A stretch of 64,000 nt of DNA from Eledone cirrhosa (lineage: Eukaryota), in NCBI GenBank assembly GCA_964016885.1, contig OZ024741.1:263624001-263688000 (forward strand), read 5' to 3'. Positions within the stretch are counted from its first letter, which is position 1, and each line of letters opens with the position of its first letter. Positions 39,053-51,966 of the stretch are shown here, piece by piece. Under the pieces are notes generated by a model. That model worked only from the letters and a program-made list of their open reading frames with translations, was not told the DNA's origin and made no database searches. Made by a program: the position numbers and the translations under genes.

Positions 39053-42000
39053 TCAAAATGCGACCGTTAGTTTTGGGAGACATCAGGATAGTGGTTTGTT
39101 TATTTTAGTAATGCTGTAAAGTAGCACTGGTGTTAGGAAGGGCATCCAACCAGTGTATCAATGCCAAAACGCTTATCAGCACAGCAACAAATAGGAACAA
39201 AAACAAAATATGAAGACGTCGCATCTCAGAGTTGCAACACTTAATGTTGGCACTCTCAGAGGTAGATCTGCTGAAATAGCGGAGATGCTGGAGAGAAGGC
39301 AGGTGGATGTGTGCTGCGTGCAAGAGGTGAGATGGAGAGGTGCCTCTGCGAGACTAGTCGTAGGCAAGCGTCTTAGCTATAAGCTATTCTGGGTAGGTAA
39401 GGATGATGGGCTAGGGGGAGTAGGCATTTTCCTGGCTGAGAAATGGATCAATAAGACAATAGAGGTAGTTCGAGTTAGTAATCGAATAATTAAGCTTAGA
39501 TTAGTTGTAGGTAGGAGACTACTGACAATCATCTCGGCCTATGCTCCCCAAGCAGGCCTAGGCAAAGATGAGAAAGACTGCTTTTATGAGCAACTTTTGC
39601 AAACAACCGCAATGACAGAGGACGGAGACATCGTTATGCAAGCAGGAGACTTCAATGGTCATGTTGGACAGCTCCAGGATGGTTACACTGGGGTACATGG
39701 TGGGCACGGTTACGGTTCAAGAAATGAAGGAGTGAGACTTCTTGAATTTTGTGATGCGGGTACATTGATTATTTGCAACACAAACTTCCAGTAACCTACA
39801 AATCTGGTGAGCACATAAGCCAGATTGACTTCCTGCTAGTTAGGCAGCGGGACAGGCAGATAGTGTCTAATACCAAGGCATACCCTGGGGAAGAATGTAC
39901 CCCACAGCATAGGTTAGTTGTTAGTGATATCTCAGTAAGCAAGAGATGGAATGAGACATATAGGAAGGTGTGGAGAAGAAAGGTCTGGAAGCTAAAAGAC
40001 CTTTCACTAAAATACAAATTTAGGAAAGCCCTTCAAGATGTATATGACGAAAAAGAAGACGATTTAGAGACGTATGACAGATAATAACTGGAATTTCTTA
40101 CGTGCAACTTGCTGCAGGCTACTGATGAAACCTGTGGCTGGAGCAGAGCTCCAACCAGACAGAGAGTGACCTGGTGGTGGAACAGCACAGTAGATAAGGC
40201 TATTAGAGACAAAAGACTAGCATGGAAGGCTTGGAAAAAGGGTGGGAGTAGGGAAGAATATACAGCCACTAAGAGAGAAGCTAGACGTCAGGTGTACTTA
40301 GCACGCAGGGAGGCAGAGAGTAGGAAGTTTGCCAATGTTCTGCGATGGGAAGATCAGAAGCGTGCGGTGTTCCACATTGCAAGGCAGTGTGTCAATGCAA
40401 ATCAGAATGTTGTTGGAGATAAATGTGTCCGGGATGATGCCGGTGTACTTAGTGTCAGGAATGATCAGAAAAAGGAGGCCTGGAAATGTCATTATGAGAG
40501 ACTGGTGAATGTGGAGAACGAATGGGAGAGAGAGAAATTACCCTTGGTAGAACCGACAGAGAGACCAGCTATTGAGATTGACGAATATAGGGTCCAAGAG
40601 GCGATTAGGGAAATGAAAAATGGTAAGGTTGCCGGACCATCGGGAATAGTTGCTGAGATGCTGAAGGCATCAGGGGACATAGGCACTAAACTGGTTGCAC
40701 GCATCATCAATCAGGCTATATATGGTGGTGTCATACCCAAAGACTGGTGCAGCAGTATTCTCATAAATTGCTACAAAGGTAAAGGAGATGCTTTGGAGAG
40801 GAAGGAGCAATTATAGGGGTATAAAACTGATAGATCAGGTTATGAAAGTGGCAAAAAGGATTTTAGCACAACTAATTAGAGAAAGGGTCAAACTAGATGA
40901 GATGCAGTTTGGTTTTGTGCCTGGGAAGAGTACAACAGATGCCCTCTTCTTGGTGAGACAATTGCAAGAGAGGTTCTTAGAGAAGAATAAGCCACTATAC
41001 TTAGCCTTTGTTGAGCTAGAGAAGGCCTTTGATAGGGTACCCCGATCTGTCATCTGGTGGTCCTTAAGGAAGCTAGGTGTTGAGGAATGGCTTGTGAGGA
41101 CAGTGCAAACTTTGTACAGAGGTACTCTCAGTAAAGTCAGGGTAGGAATGGAGTTTAGTGAGGAATTCCAGATACAAGTAGGAGTACATCAGGGTTCGGT
41201 CCTCAGCCCGCTCTTGTTCATTATAGTCCTCCAAGCCATAACAGAGGAGTTTAAGACTGGCTGTCCATGGGAACTTCTCTATGCTGACGGTCTGGTTCTT
41301 ATAGCAGAATCAGTAGAGGAGCTAGAGAATAAATTCTGGCTATGGAAACAGCAGTTGGAAGCAAGAGGACTGAGAGTGAATCTAGCTAAGACAAAAGTGT
41401 TGATGAGTAGAAAAGAGGATAAAACCCTGATTCCGTCAGGGAAATGGCCATGTTCGATATGTAGAAAAGGAACTGGCATAAATTCTATAAAATGCACACA
41501 ATGCAGATCCTGGGTACACAAGAGATGTAGCGGGATAGCAGGCAAACTAACAGGTAGGGAGAAATATGTATGCAGTAGATGTACAGGGAAATTAGACAGT
41601 AGAAGTCGCACTGATAGACACATTTTTCAAATGCAAGAGGGTGCTATAGAAGTGGTGGATAGCTTCCGGTACCTAGGAGATCAGATTAGCATGGGAGGAG
41701 GGTGTTCCGAGGCCATAGTATCTAGAATAAGGAAGGGTTGGAAGAAGTTTAGGGAGCTGCTTCCTCTGTTGACGAAGAAGGGTTTCTCCCTGCGTACGAA
41801 AGGCCGGTTGTATGATTCCTGTGTGAGGAGCGCGATGCTGCATGGTAGTGAGACATGGGCAGCAACTGCAGAGGATATGCGACGGCTGGAGAGAAATGAG
41901 GCAAGCATGCTCCGTTGGATGTGCAATGTAAATGTGCGTGAACGACCCAGCATAAATGTGTTGAGAGAGAAACTGTGTCTGAGAGGGATAGAATGTAGTG

Positions 42001-42274
42001 TACGGGAGAGGAGACTGAGGTGGTATGGACATGTGATGCGCATGGAGGATGACCGATGGGTGAAGAAGTGCCAGGAATTGCCAGTTGAAGGAAGACGTGG
42101 TAGAGGTAGACCACGAAAAACATGGGCGGAGGTGGTGAGAACAGACCTCAGATCATTGAAGCTCACGGTGGAGATGATGTGGGACCGTGACGAGTGGAGA
42201 GATGCTGTGCTGAATAAGACCCGTCCCATCCTTGCAAGCAGGGAAAAGCGGACATAAAATGATGATGATGATGA
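39053..42274 (+). mobile_element. RTE LINE family C, near full length but inactivated
   Basis: MKTSHLRVATLNVGTL APE start at 39210. Frame breaks near 39790, 40085 and 40800. YADD is changed to YADG. The ORF runs to the very 3' end ([12 protein letters not shown]), then (GAT)n. Confidence 0.95.
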
Positions 42275-42311
42275 TATATATATATATATATATATAAATA
42301 TATATATATGT

Positions 42312-42345
<34 letters not shown>

Positions 42346-42463
42346 AAAAAAAAAATATATATATATATATGTATGTATATACATAAAAATATATATGTAT
42401 ATATATATAAAAATATATATATATACATGTATGTTTATATATATAAAAATATATATATGTATG

Positions 42464-43897
42464 TATCATCATCATCATCATCATCAACGTTTAACGTCCG
42501 TGTTCCACGCTTGCATGGGTTTGGACGGGGGTAGTCCCACTTGAGGCAAGAGTGATTGTCTTGCTCGCATAGGACTGTCTGGCAGGTTTTCTACAGTTGG
42601 ATGCCCTTCCTAACACCAACCACATTTACAGTGTGGGTCTGGGAGGTTTTTACCGTGTTGCCTACACGGCCACATTACAGCGTGGACTGTGTGTTTTTTT
42701 GTCGTGACACCTACACGATCTCATTTGTTTCGGCCTGGATGGCGCGGCACCAACATAACTTTACATAGAACGGGGTGGTGTGGATGGGGTGGGGGTGGCG
42801 GCGGGAGGGGTGTATTTTGTTAGAGATGCCTACTGGCAAGGCGGGTCTTCTCTGTTACTGAGTACCGCCAAAGGTCACGGTCCAGTGACATTGTCTTGGA
42901 GAGGTGTAAGTGTGTGAGGTCGGAGTTTATCAGCTCATCCCATGTTTTTCTAGGTCTGCCTATTCCGTGGCTACCGTCTATCTTTATTGCCCTGCACTTT
43001 GTAATACAGCTATCGACTTTCATGCGCATCACGTGTCCATACCAACGCAGCCTTCTCTCGAGTAAACAACATCTGATCCCTCTTATCTCTAATTTTTTCC
43101 TTAGTTCGTTTATGCTTTGCCGTTCACGTATATTACTGTTACACATCCAGCGGAGCATGCAAGCTTCGTTCCTCTCTAGTCTGCGTATATCCTCTGCACA
43201 CAATGCCCAGGTCTCACTACCATGCAACATTGCTGTTCGTATGCAGGCATCGTACAACCTGCCTTTCATTTTTAGGGAGAACCCTTTAGCAGCTAATAGT
43301 GGTATAAGCTCTCTGAACTTTTTCCAACCAGTTCTGACTCTAGCTACAGTACTTTCAGAGCACCCTCCCCCACTGCTGATTTTATCGCCCAGGTAACGGA
43401 AGCTGTCCACTATTTCTATAGAACCCTCTGCGCAATTGAAAGAGCTAGTATTTTGTGGGCACTTGCTGCTACTTATTGCACCAGAACACCGGCCACATGT
43501 AAAGTCTATGTTCTTAGTTAGCTTACCTGTGATCCCACTACATCTTTTATGCACCCATACTTTGCATTTAGGACATAAGATGGAGTTTCTACCTACGCCT
43601 TACCTACATACCGAGCACGACCATTTCCCAGAAGGGACCGCCGCCTTGTTTTCTTTCCTACAAACTAGAACTTTGGTCTTAGCCAGGTTAATTTTAAGTC
43701 CTTTTGACTCTAGGCCGTGCTTCCATGTTTGGAATTTCTTCTCTAGCTCGGCCATTGATTCCGCTATGAGTGTCAGGTCGTCTGCGTATAGGAGTTCCCA
43801 TGGGCAGCCTGTCTTGAACTCCTCTGTTATAGCCTGAAGGGCAATAATGAATAGTAGGGGGCTGAGAACAGAGCCCTGATGGACGCCAACTTTTACG
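42464..43897 (-). mobile_element. RTE LINE family A, 5'-truncated
   Basis: [24 protein letters not shown] on the minus strand. Premature stop near 43600. (ATC)n at the left end. Confidence 0.95.
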
Positions 43898-44457
43898 ATA
43901 TATATGTATATATATATAATAATATATATGTATATATATATTAAAAAAAAATATATATATATGTATGTATATATATATATAAAAATATATATATGTATGT
44001 ATATATATAAAAATATATGTATGTATGTATGTATGTATGTATATATATATATATATATATAAAAATATATATATATATTGTATGTATATATATATAAAAA
44101 AATATATATATAAAAAAATATATATATAAAAATATATATGTATATATATATATAAAAAAAATATATATATATATATATATAAAAATATATGTATATATAT
44201 AAAAATATATATATATATATATGCATATATATAAAAATATATATATATATATGTATATATATAAAAATATATATATATATACGTATATATATAAAAAAAA
44301 AATATATATGTATATATATATATATATAAAAATATATATGTATATATATATATATAAAAATATATATATATATATATATATGTATATAAATATATATATA
44401 TATAAAAATATATATGTATATATATATATAAAATATATATGTATATATATATATATA

Positions 44458-44611
<154 letters not shown>

Positions 44612-44820
44612 AAAATATATATGTATATATATATATATATATAAAAATATATATGTATATATATATATATATATAAAAATATATATGTATATATATATAT
44701 ATATAAAAATATATATATATATAAAAAAATATATATATGTATATACATATATAAAAAAATATATGTATATACATATATAAAAATATATATATATATATAT
44801 ATAGATGTATATATATAAAA

Positions 44821-45905
44821 ATATATTGTTATACTTTGGGAGGGTCATGTTGCCAATAAGAAACCCATGCACCAGTTGCTTTCACTTCAATTTATTATTT
44901 AGGAATTTATAAATTTCCGGTTGGTTGGTTGGTTCCACAACCAGATGGTTGTTTATATATTGTCAAAGTTCTTTCGTCACACATTCTGTGACCACTTCAG
45001 TGACTGGGGATTCTTTTCTTTATTTTTGTTCTGTCCTACGCCATCTTGTTTCTGTGTGTGTGTGTTGTGTGCTCATTCTGCGCATGCGCCACATCCGGGT
45101 GTCTGTGTGTGTTTATATTCGTTTATTTGTTTATTTACATGTTACTGGTTGGTTGTTTGTTCTATGTGCGTGTGTGTTTTCATTTTGTCCTTAATTGTAA
45201 GTTGTGATGTTGCTGTTCCACTCTGTTTTCTATTTAATATTGGTTGTAATTCTTTTATGTTTATTGCCTCTGTGATTTGTCTAAACATTGCGTCTTTTCT
45301 GTGTGTAGATTCTATTTTTATTTCTATGTTCTCTAATTTACCCTTATGTTCTATTTTAGCATGTTGGTAGAGTACAGATGATTCTTTACTATCTTGAAGG
45401 TCTCGCCAGTGTTCATTTATCCGTTCCCCTATACTACGAGCTGTCTCACCTATGTACACTATATTTTTGTCTCTACATTGTCCTTCAGTACTTCTTATGC
45501 TATATACTACATTTCTAGTTTTACAGTTAATATGGGGGCTTAATTTACAGGTTATACATTTCTTATCTATACAGGGGGTCTTTGAAAAGGGTATGTCTTA
45601 CTAATAAGGGTTTTTATGGAGGTACCTGGTCTTTCTACTATCTTAATATTGAGTTTATGTTTATCTAGGGCCCTTCTAAATTTGTAAGCTAATTCACCTC
45701 TAGGGGTTGTATCGATGAACATTACACTCTGGTATTTATTGCTATCATACCATGAGTTTATTCTATTAGCCTTATTCCTAGTTCTTTCTATTCTATTCCA
45801 AAATTTGCTCTTATTGGCAACATGACCCTCCCAAAGTATAACAATATCGGTTTCAACACACGTTTTCAGATAAAGAATCTTGCTAAACAAATTCAGAAAC
45901 GAAAT
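44821..45905 (-). mobile_element. 5'-truncated Penelope-like element (GIY-YIG) with inverted terminal piece
   Basis: YIGETARSIGERINEH..RQITEAINIKELQPILNRK. 44823-44860 recurs inverted at 45810-45847. Confidence 0.88.
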
Positions 45906-46062
45906 ATAAAAAAATATATATATATATGTATATATATATATTTAAAAAAAAAATATATATATATATATGTATATAAAAATATATATATATGTATGTATAT
46001 AAAAATATATATATATATGTATATGTATATAAAAATATATATATATATATATATATAGATAA

Positions 46063-46093
<31 letters not shown>

Positions 46094-46109
46094 AATATAT
46101 ATATATATA

Positions 46110-47318
46110 TGCTATCACTACTTTTCGATATGATGGATGGACTAAGGAATTTCTGGAGAGTCTGATGAATCTGGACACTCGATGACAATGCCAAAGTTAA
46201 CGACAAATTCACCTCATGCTGCTGGACGAAAGGGCAATGCCCCCCCCCTCTTTGTTTCGGCCGCGGATGGCCAACATAACCCCAAACTCATTCCCCTCAC
46301 CCCTCCCTGCGCTAGGGGTTTACTTTTAGCTAGTTGCTTCTCCTGTAGTTGTCGTACAATGAAAAGAGCGTCTGTGGTACTTTTGCCTGACACAAACCCG
46401 AACTGCATTTCATTTAGATCAATTCTCTCTCTGATTTGTGCTATTACTTTTTCCGTGACCTTCATGACCTGGTCGCTAGAGGGTTCTCCCCCAAAATGAA
46501 AGGCAGGTCATACGATGCCTGCATACGAACAGCAATGCTGCATGGCAGTGAGACGTGGGCATTGTGTGCAGAGGATATACGCAGACTGGAGAGGAACGAA
46601 GCTTGCATGCTCCGCTGGATGTGCAATAGTAATATACGTGAACGGCAAAGCATAAACGAACTAAGGAAAAAATTAGAAATAAGATGGATCAGATGTTGTT
46701 TACTCGAGAGAAGGCTATGTTGGTACGGTCACGTGATGCGCATGAAAGACGACAGCTGTATAACAAAGTGCAGGGCAATAAAGATAGACGGTAGCCACGG
46801 AGTAGGCAGACCCAGAAAAACCTGGGACGACATGATAAATTCCGACCTCACACGCTTACACCTCTCCAAGACAATGTCACTGGACCGAGACCTTTGGCGG
46901 TACTCAGTAATAGAGAAGACCCGCCTTACCTAAATACAAAGTAAAAACCTACTACAGTCAGTAGGCATCTCTATCAAAACACCCCCCCGTCCCACCACCT
47001 CAACCCCATCCACACCGCCCCTTTCAATGTAAAGTTATGTTGGTCCCACAACATCCAAGCCGAAACAAATGAGATTGTGTAGGTGTCACGACAAAAAAAC
47101 ACACAGTCCACGCTGTAAATGTGGCCGTGTAGGCAACACGGTAAAAACCTCCCAGCCCCACACTGTAAATGTGGTTGGTGTTAGGAAGGGCATCCAGCTG
47201 TAGAAAACCCGCCAGACAGTCCTATGCGAGCAAGACAACCACTCTTGCCTCAAGTGGGAAAACCCCCGTCCAAACCCATGCAAGCGTGGAACACGGACGC
47301 TAAACCTGATGATGATGA
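46110..47318 (+). mobile_element. Rearranged RTE family A-like copy: 5' end, inverted RT piece, 3' end
   Basis: 46110-46310 resembles the 5' end of the 52.4-56.0 kb copy (MPK..TNSP). 46314-46475 encodes DQVMKVTEKV..QFGF..LAKSKPL on the minus strand. 46476-47318 is the sense 3' end with tail. Confidence 0.85.
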
Positions 47319-47320
47319 AG

Positions 47321-47441
<121 letters not shown>

Positions 47442-47460
47442 TATATATATATATAAATAA

Positions 47461-47523
<63 letters not shown>

Positions 47524-47532
47524 TATATATAT

Positions 47533-47601
<69 letters not shown>

Positions 47602-47603
47602 AA

Positions 47604-47639
<36 letters not shown>

Positions 47640-47655
47640 TTTATATATATATAAA

Positions 47656-47703
<48 letters not shown>

Positions 47704-47744
47704 TATAGATATGTATATATATATATATATATAAATATTTATAG

Positions 47745-47789
<45 letters not shown>

Positions 47790-47818
47790 TTTATAGATAT
47801 ATATATAAATATTTATAG

Positions 47819-47863
<45 letters not shown>

Positions 47864-47948
47864 TTTATAGATATATATATATATATAAATATTTATAGAT
47901 ATATATATATATATATATATATAAATATATATATATAAATATTTATAG

Positions 47949-47983
<35 letters not shown>

Positions 47984-48038
47984 TATATATATATATATAA
48001 ATATTTATAGATATATATATATATATAAATATTTATAG

Positions 48039-48069
<31 letters not shown>

Positions 48070-48090
48070 TATATATATAAATATTTATAG

Positions 48091-48153
<63 letters not shown>

Positions 48154-48182
48154 TTTATAGATATGTATATATATATATATAG

Positions 48183-48213
<31 letters not shown>

Positions 48214-48242
48214 TTTATATATATATATATATAAATATTTAT

Positions 48243-48277
<35 letters not shown>

Positions 48278-48286
48278 TTTATATAT

Positions 48287-48321
<35 letters not shown>

Positions 48322-48470
48322 TTTATATATAGATATATATAAATATTTATATATAGATATATATAAATATTTATAGATATATATATATATAAATATTTAT
48401 ATATATATAAATGTAAGTATGCATGTATACGTACATACATATATGTATACAGACGTACAGTAGCATGCAC

Positions 48471-48503
<33 letters not shown>

Positions 48504-48667
48504 CACATATATATACATATGCATACAGGTACACATACATATATGCACGTATCAGTTTAGCGGCGCTAACGTCGCTTTGTTCGTTTGTAAACAAACTGAA
48601 CAGCCTGAATTTATGCCATACGGTGTTAAGGCAACCACGTCACCTTTTTGTTCAACACTGACACAGG

Positions 48668-48712
48668 AACGATGTACTAGTTTCAAGCTTGTTAGCTATC
48701 ATCAGCACCGTT
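48668..48712 (-). ncRNA. Type I hammerhead ribozyme, array copy 1
   Basis: Minus strand: AACGGTG-CTGATGA-T-AGCT-AACA-AGCT-T-GAAAC-TA-GTA-CATCGTT. Confidence 0.85.
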
Positions 48713-48949
48713 TACCCATCTGCCAGATAGTTGAACGTTCGAAAGTATATACTTTCCTTATGAAAATTAACGGCTGAGCAGCCTAATTTGCATATTGAGT
48801 GAGTTAAATCGGTTAGGCATACCGAAAACGATAAATTGAAACAAAATGAAAACGAAATTTCATTTCTCACTCTTAGTATGGCACTTACTTAAATGTAAGT
48901 ATGCATGTATACGTACATACATATATGTATACAGACGTACAGTAGCATG

Positions 48950-48987
<38 letters not shown>

Positions 48988-49151
48988 CACATATATATAC
49001 ATATGCATACAGGTACACATACATATATGCACGTATCAGTTTAGCGGCGCTAACGTCGCTTTGTTCGTTTGTAAACAAACTGAACAGCCTGAATTTATGC
49101 CATACGGTGTTAAGGCAACCACGTCACCTTTTTGTTCAACACTGACACAGG

Positions 49152-49196
49152 AACGATGTACTAGTTTCAAGCTTGTTAGCTATCATCAGCACCGTT
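49152..49196 (-). ncRNA. Type I hammerhead ribozyme, array copy 2
   Basis: Identical to copy 1. Confidence 0.85.
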
Positions 49197-49433
49197 TACC
49201 CATCTGCCAGATAGTTGAACGTTCGAAAGTATATACTTTCCTTATGAAAATTAACGGCTGAGCAGCCTAATTTGCATATTGAGTGAGTTAAATCGGTTAG
49301 GCATACCGAAAACGATAAATTGAAACAAAATGAAAACGAAATTTCATTTCTCACTCTTAGTATGGCACTTACTTAAATGTAAGTATGCATGTATACGTAC
49401 ATACATATATGTATACAGACGTACAGTAGCATG

Positions 49434-49471
<38 letters not shown>

Positions 49472-49635
49472 CACATATATATACATATGCATACAGGTAC
49501 ACATACATATATGCACGTATCAGTTTAGCGGCGCTAACGTCGCTTTGTTCGTTTGTAAACAAACTGAACAGCCTGAATTTATGCCATACGGTGTTAAGGC
49601 AACCACGTCACCTTTTTGTTCAACACTGACACAGG

Positions 49636-49680
49636 AACGATGTACTAGTTTCAAGCTTGTTAGCTATCATCAGCACCGTT
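49636..49680 (-). ncRNA. Type I hammerhead ribozyme, array copy 3
   Basis: Identical to copy 1. Confidence 0.85.
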
Positions 49681-49920
49681 TACCCATCTGCCAGATAGTT
49701 GAACGTTCGAAAGTATATACTTTCCTTATGAAAATTAACGGCTGAGCAGCCTAATTTGCATATTGAGTGAGTTAAATCGGTTAGGCATACCGAAAACGAT
49801 AAATTGAAACAAAATGAAAACGAAATTTCATTTCTCACTCTTAGTATGGCACTTACTTAAATGTAAGTATGCATGTATACGTACATACATATATGTATAC
49901 AGACGTACAGTAGCATGCAC

Positions 49921-49953
<33 letters not shown>

Positions 49954-50117
49954 CACATATATATACATATGCATACAGGTACACATACATATATGCACGT
50001 ATCAGTTTAGCGGCGCTAACGTCGCTTTGTTCGTTTGTAAACAAACTGAACAGCCTGAATTTATGCCATACGGTGTTAAGGCAACCACGTCACCTTTTTG
50101 TTCAACACTGACACAGG

Positions 50118-50162
50118 AACGATGTACTAGTTTCAAGCTTGTTAGCTATCATCAGCACCGTT
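50118..50162 (-). ncRNA. Type I hammerhead ribozyme, array copy 4 (in the unpaired centre of the inversion)
   Basis: Identical to copy 1. Confidence 0.85.
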
Positions 50163-50367
50163 TACCCATCTGCCAGATAGTTGAACGTTCGAAAGTATAT
50201 ACTTTCCTTATGAAAATTAACGGCTGAGCAGCCTAATTTGCATAACACCGTATGGCATAAATTCAGGCTGTTCAGTTTGTTTACAAACGAACAAAGCGAC
50301 GTTAGCGCCGCTAAACTGATACGTGCATATATGTATGTGTACCTGTATGCATATGTATATATATGTG

Positions 50368-50405
<38 letters not shown>

Positions 50406-50642
50406 CATGCTACTGTACGTCTGTATACATATATGTATGTACGTATACATGCATACTTACATTTAAGTAAGTGCCATACTAAGAGTGAGAAATGAAATTT
50501 CGTTTTCATTTTGTTTCAATTTATCGTTTTCGGTATGCCTAACCGATTTAACTCACTCAATATGCAAATTAGGCTGCTCAGCCGTTAATTTTCATAAGGA
50601 AAGTATATACTTTCGAACGTTCAACTATCTGGCAGATGGGTA

Positions 50643-50687
50643 AACGGTGCTGATGATAGCTAACAAGCTTGAAACTAGTACATCGTT
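50643..50687 (+). ncRNA. Type I hammerhead ribozyme, array copy 5
   Basis: AACGGTG CTGATGA TAGCTAACAAGCTT GAAAC TA GTA CATCGTT. Predicted cleavage after 50680. Confidence 0.85.
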
Positions 50688-50851
50688 CCTGTGTCAGTGT
50701 TGAACAAAAAGGTGACGTGGTTGCCTTAACACCGTATGGCATAAATTCAGGCTGTTCAGTTTGTTTACAAACGAACAAAGCGACGTTAGCGCCGCTAAAC
50801 TGATACGTGCATATATGTATGTGTACCTGTATGCATATGTATATATATGTG

Positions 50852-50884
<33 letters not shown>

Positions 50885-51124
50885 GTGCATGCTACTGTAC
50901 GTCTGTATACATATATGTATGTACGTATACATGCATACTTACATTTAAGTAAGTGCCATACTAAGAGTGAGAAATGAAATTTCGTTTTCATTTTGTTTCA
51001 ATTTATCGTTTTCGGTATGCCTAACCGATTTAACTCACTCAATATGCAAATTAGGCTGCTCAGCCGTTAATTTTCATAAGGAAAGTATATACTTTCGAAC
51101 GTTCAACTATCTGGCAGATGGGTA

Positions 51125-51169
51125 AACGGTGCTGATGATAGCTAACAAGCTTGAAACTAGTACATCGTT
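51125..51169 (+). ncRNA. Type I hammerhead ribozyme, array copy 6
   Basis: Identical to copy 5. Predicted cleavage after 51162. Confidence 0.85.
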
Positions 51170-51333
51170 CCTGTGTCAGTGTTGAACAAAAAGGTGACGT
51201 GGTTGCCTTAACACCGTATGGCATAAATTCAGGCTGTTCAGTTTGTTTACAAACGAACAAAGCGACGTTAGCGCCGCTAAACTGATACGTGCATATATGT
51301 ATGTGTACCTGTATGCATATGTATATATATGTG

Positions 51334-51371
<38 letters not shown>

Positions 51372-51608
51372 CATGCTACTGTACGTCTGTATACATATAT
51401 GTATGTACGTATACATGCATACTTACATTTAAGTAAGTGCCATACTAAGAGTGAGAAATGAAATTTCGTTTTCATTTTGTTTCAATTTATCGTTTTCGGT
51501 ATGCCTAACCGATTTAACTCACTCAATATGCAAATTAGGCTGCTCAGCCGTTAATTTTCATAAGGAAAGTATATACTTTCGAACGTTCAACTATCTGGCA
51601 GATGGGTA

Positions 51609-51653
51609 AACGGTGCTGATGATAGCTAACAAGCTTGAAACTAGTACATCGTT
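51609..51653 (+). ncRNA. Type I hammerhead ribozyme, array copy 7
   Basis: Identical to copy 5. Predicted cleavage after 51646. Confidence 0.85.
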
Positions 51654-51817
51654 CCTGTGTCAGTGTTGAACAAAAAGGTGACGTGGTTGCCTTAACACCG
51701 TATGGCATAAATTCAGGCTGTTCAGTTTGTTTACAAACGAACAAAGCGACGTTAGCGCCGCTAAACTGATACGTGCATATATGTATGTGTACCTGTATGC
51801 ATATGTATATATATGTG

Positions 51818-51850
<33 letters not shown>

Positions 51851-51966
51851 GTGCATGCTACTGTACGTCTGTATACATATATGTATGTACGTATACATGC
51901 ATACTTACATTTAAGTAAGTGCCATACTAAGAGTGAGAAATGAAATTTCGTTTTCATTTTGTTTCA

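Noticed and set aside
45835-45880. CTGAAAA..GAAACCGATA on the minus strand at the PLE inverted end
   Set aside because: The core is mismatched and there is no stem I pairing.
48846-51957. Repeated 99-137 aa ORFs in the tandem array
   Set aside because: They span the internal (TA)n, change frame between 482- and 484-bp units, lie antisense to the ribozyme, and show no recognisable domain.
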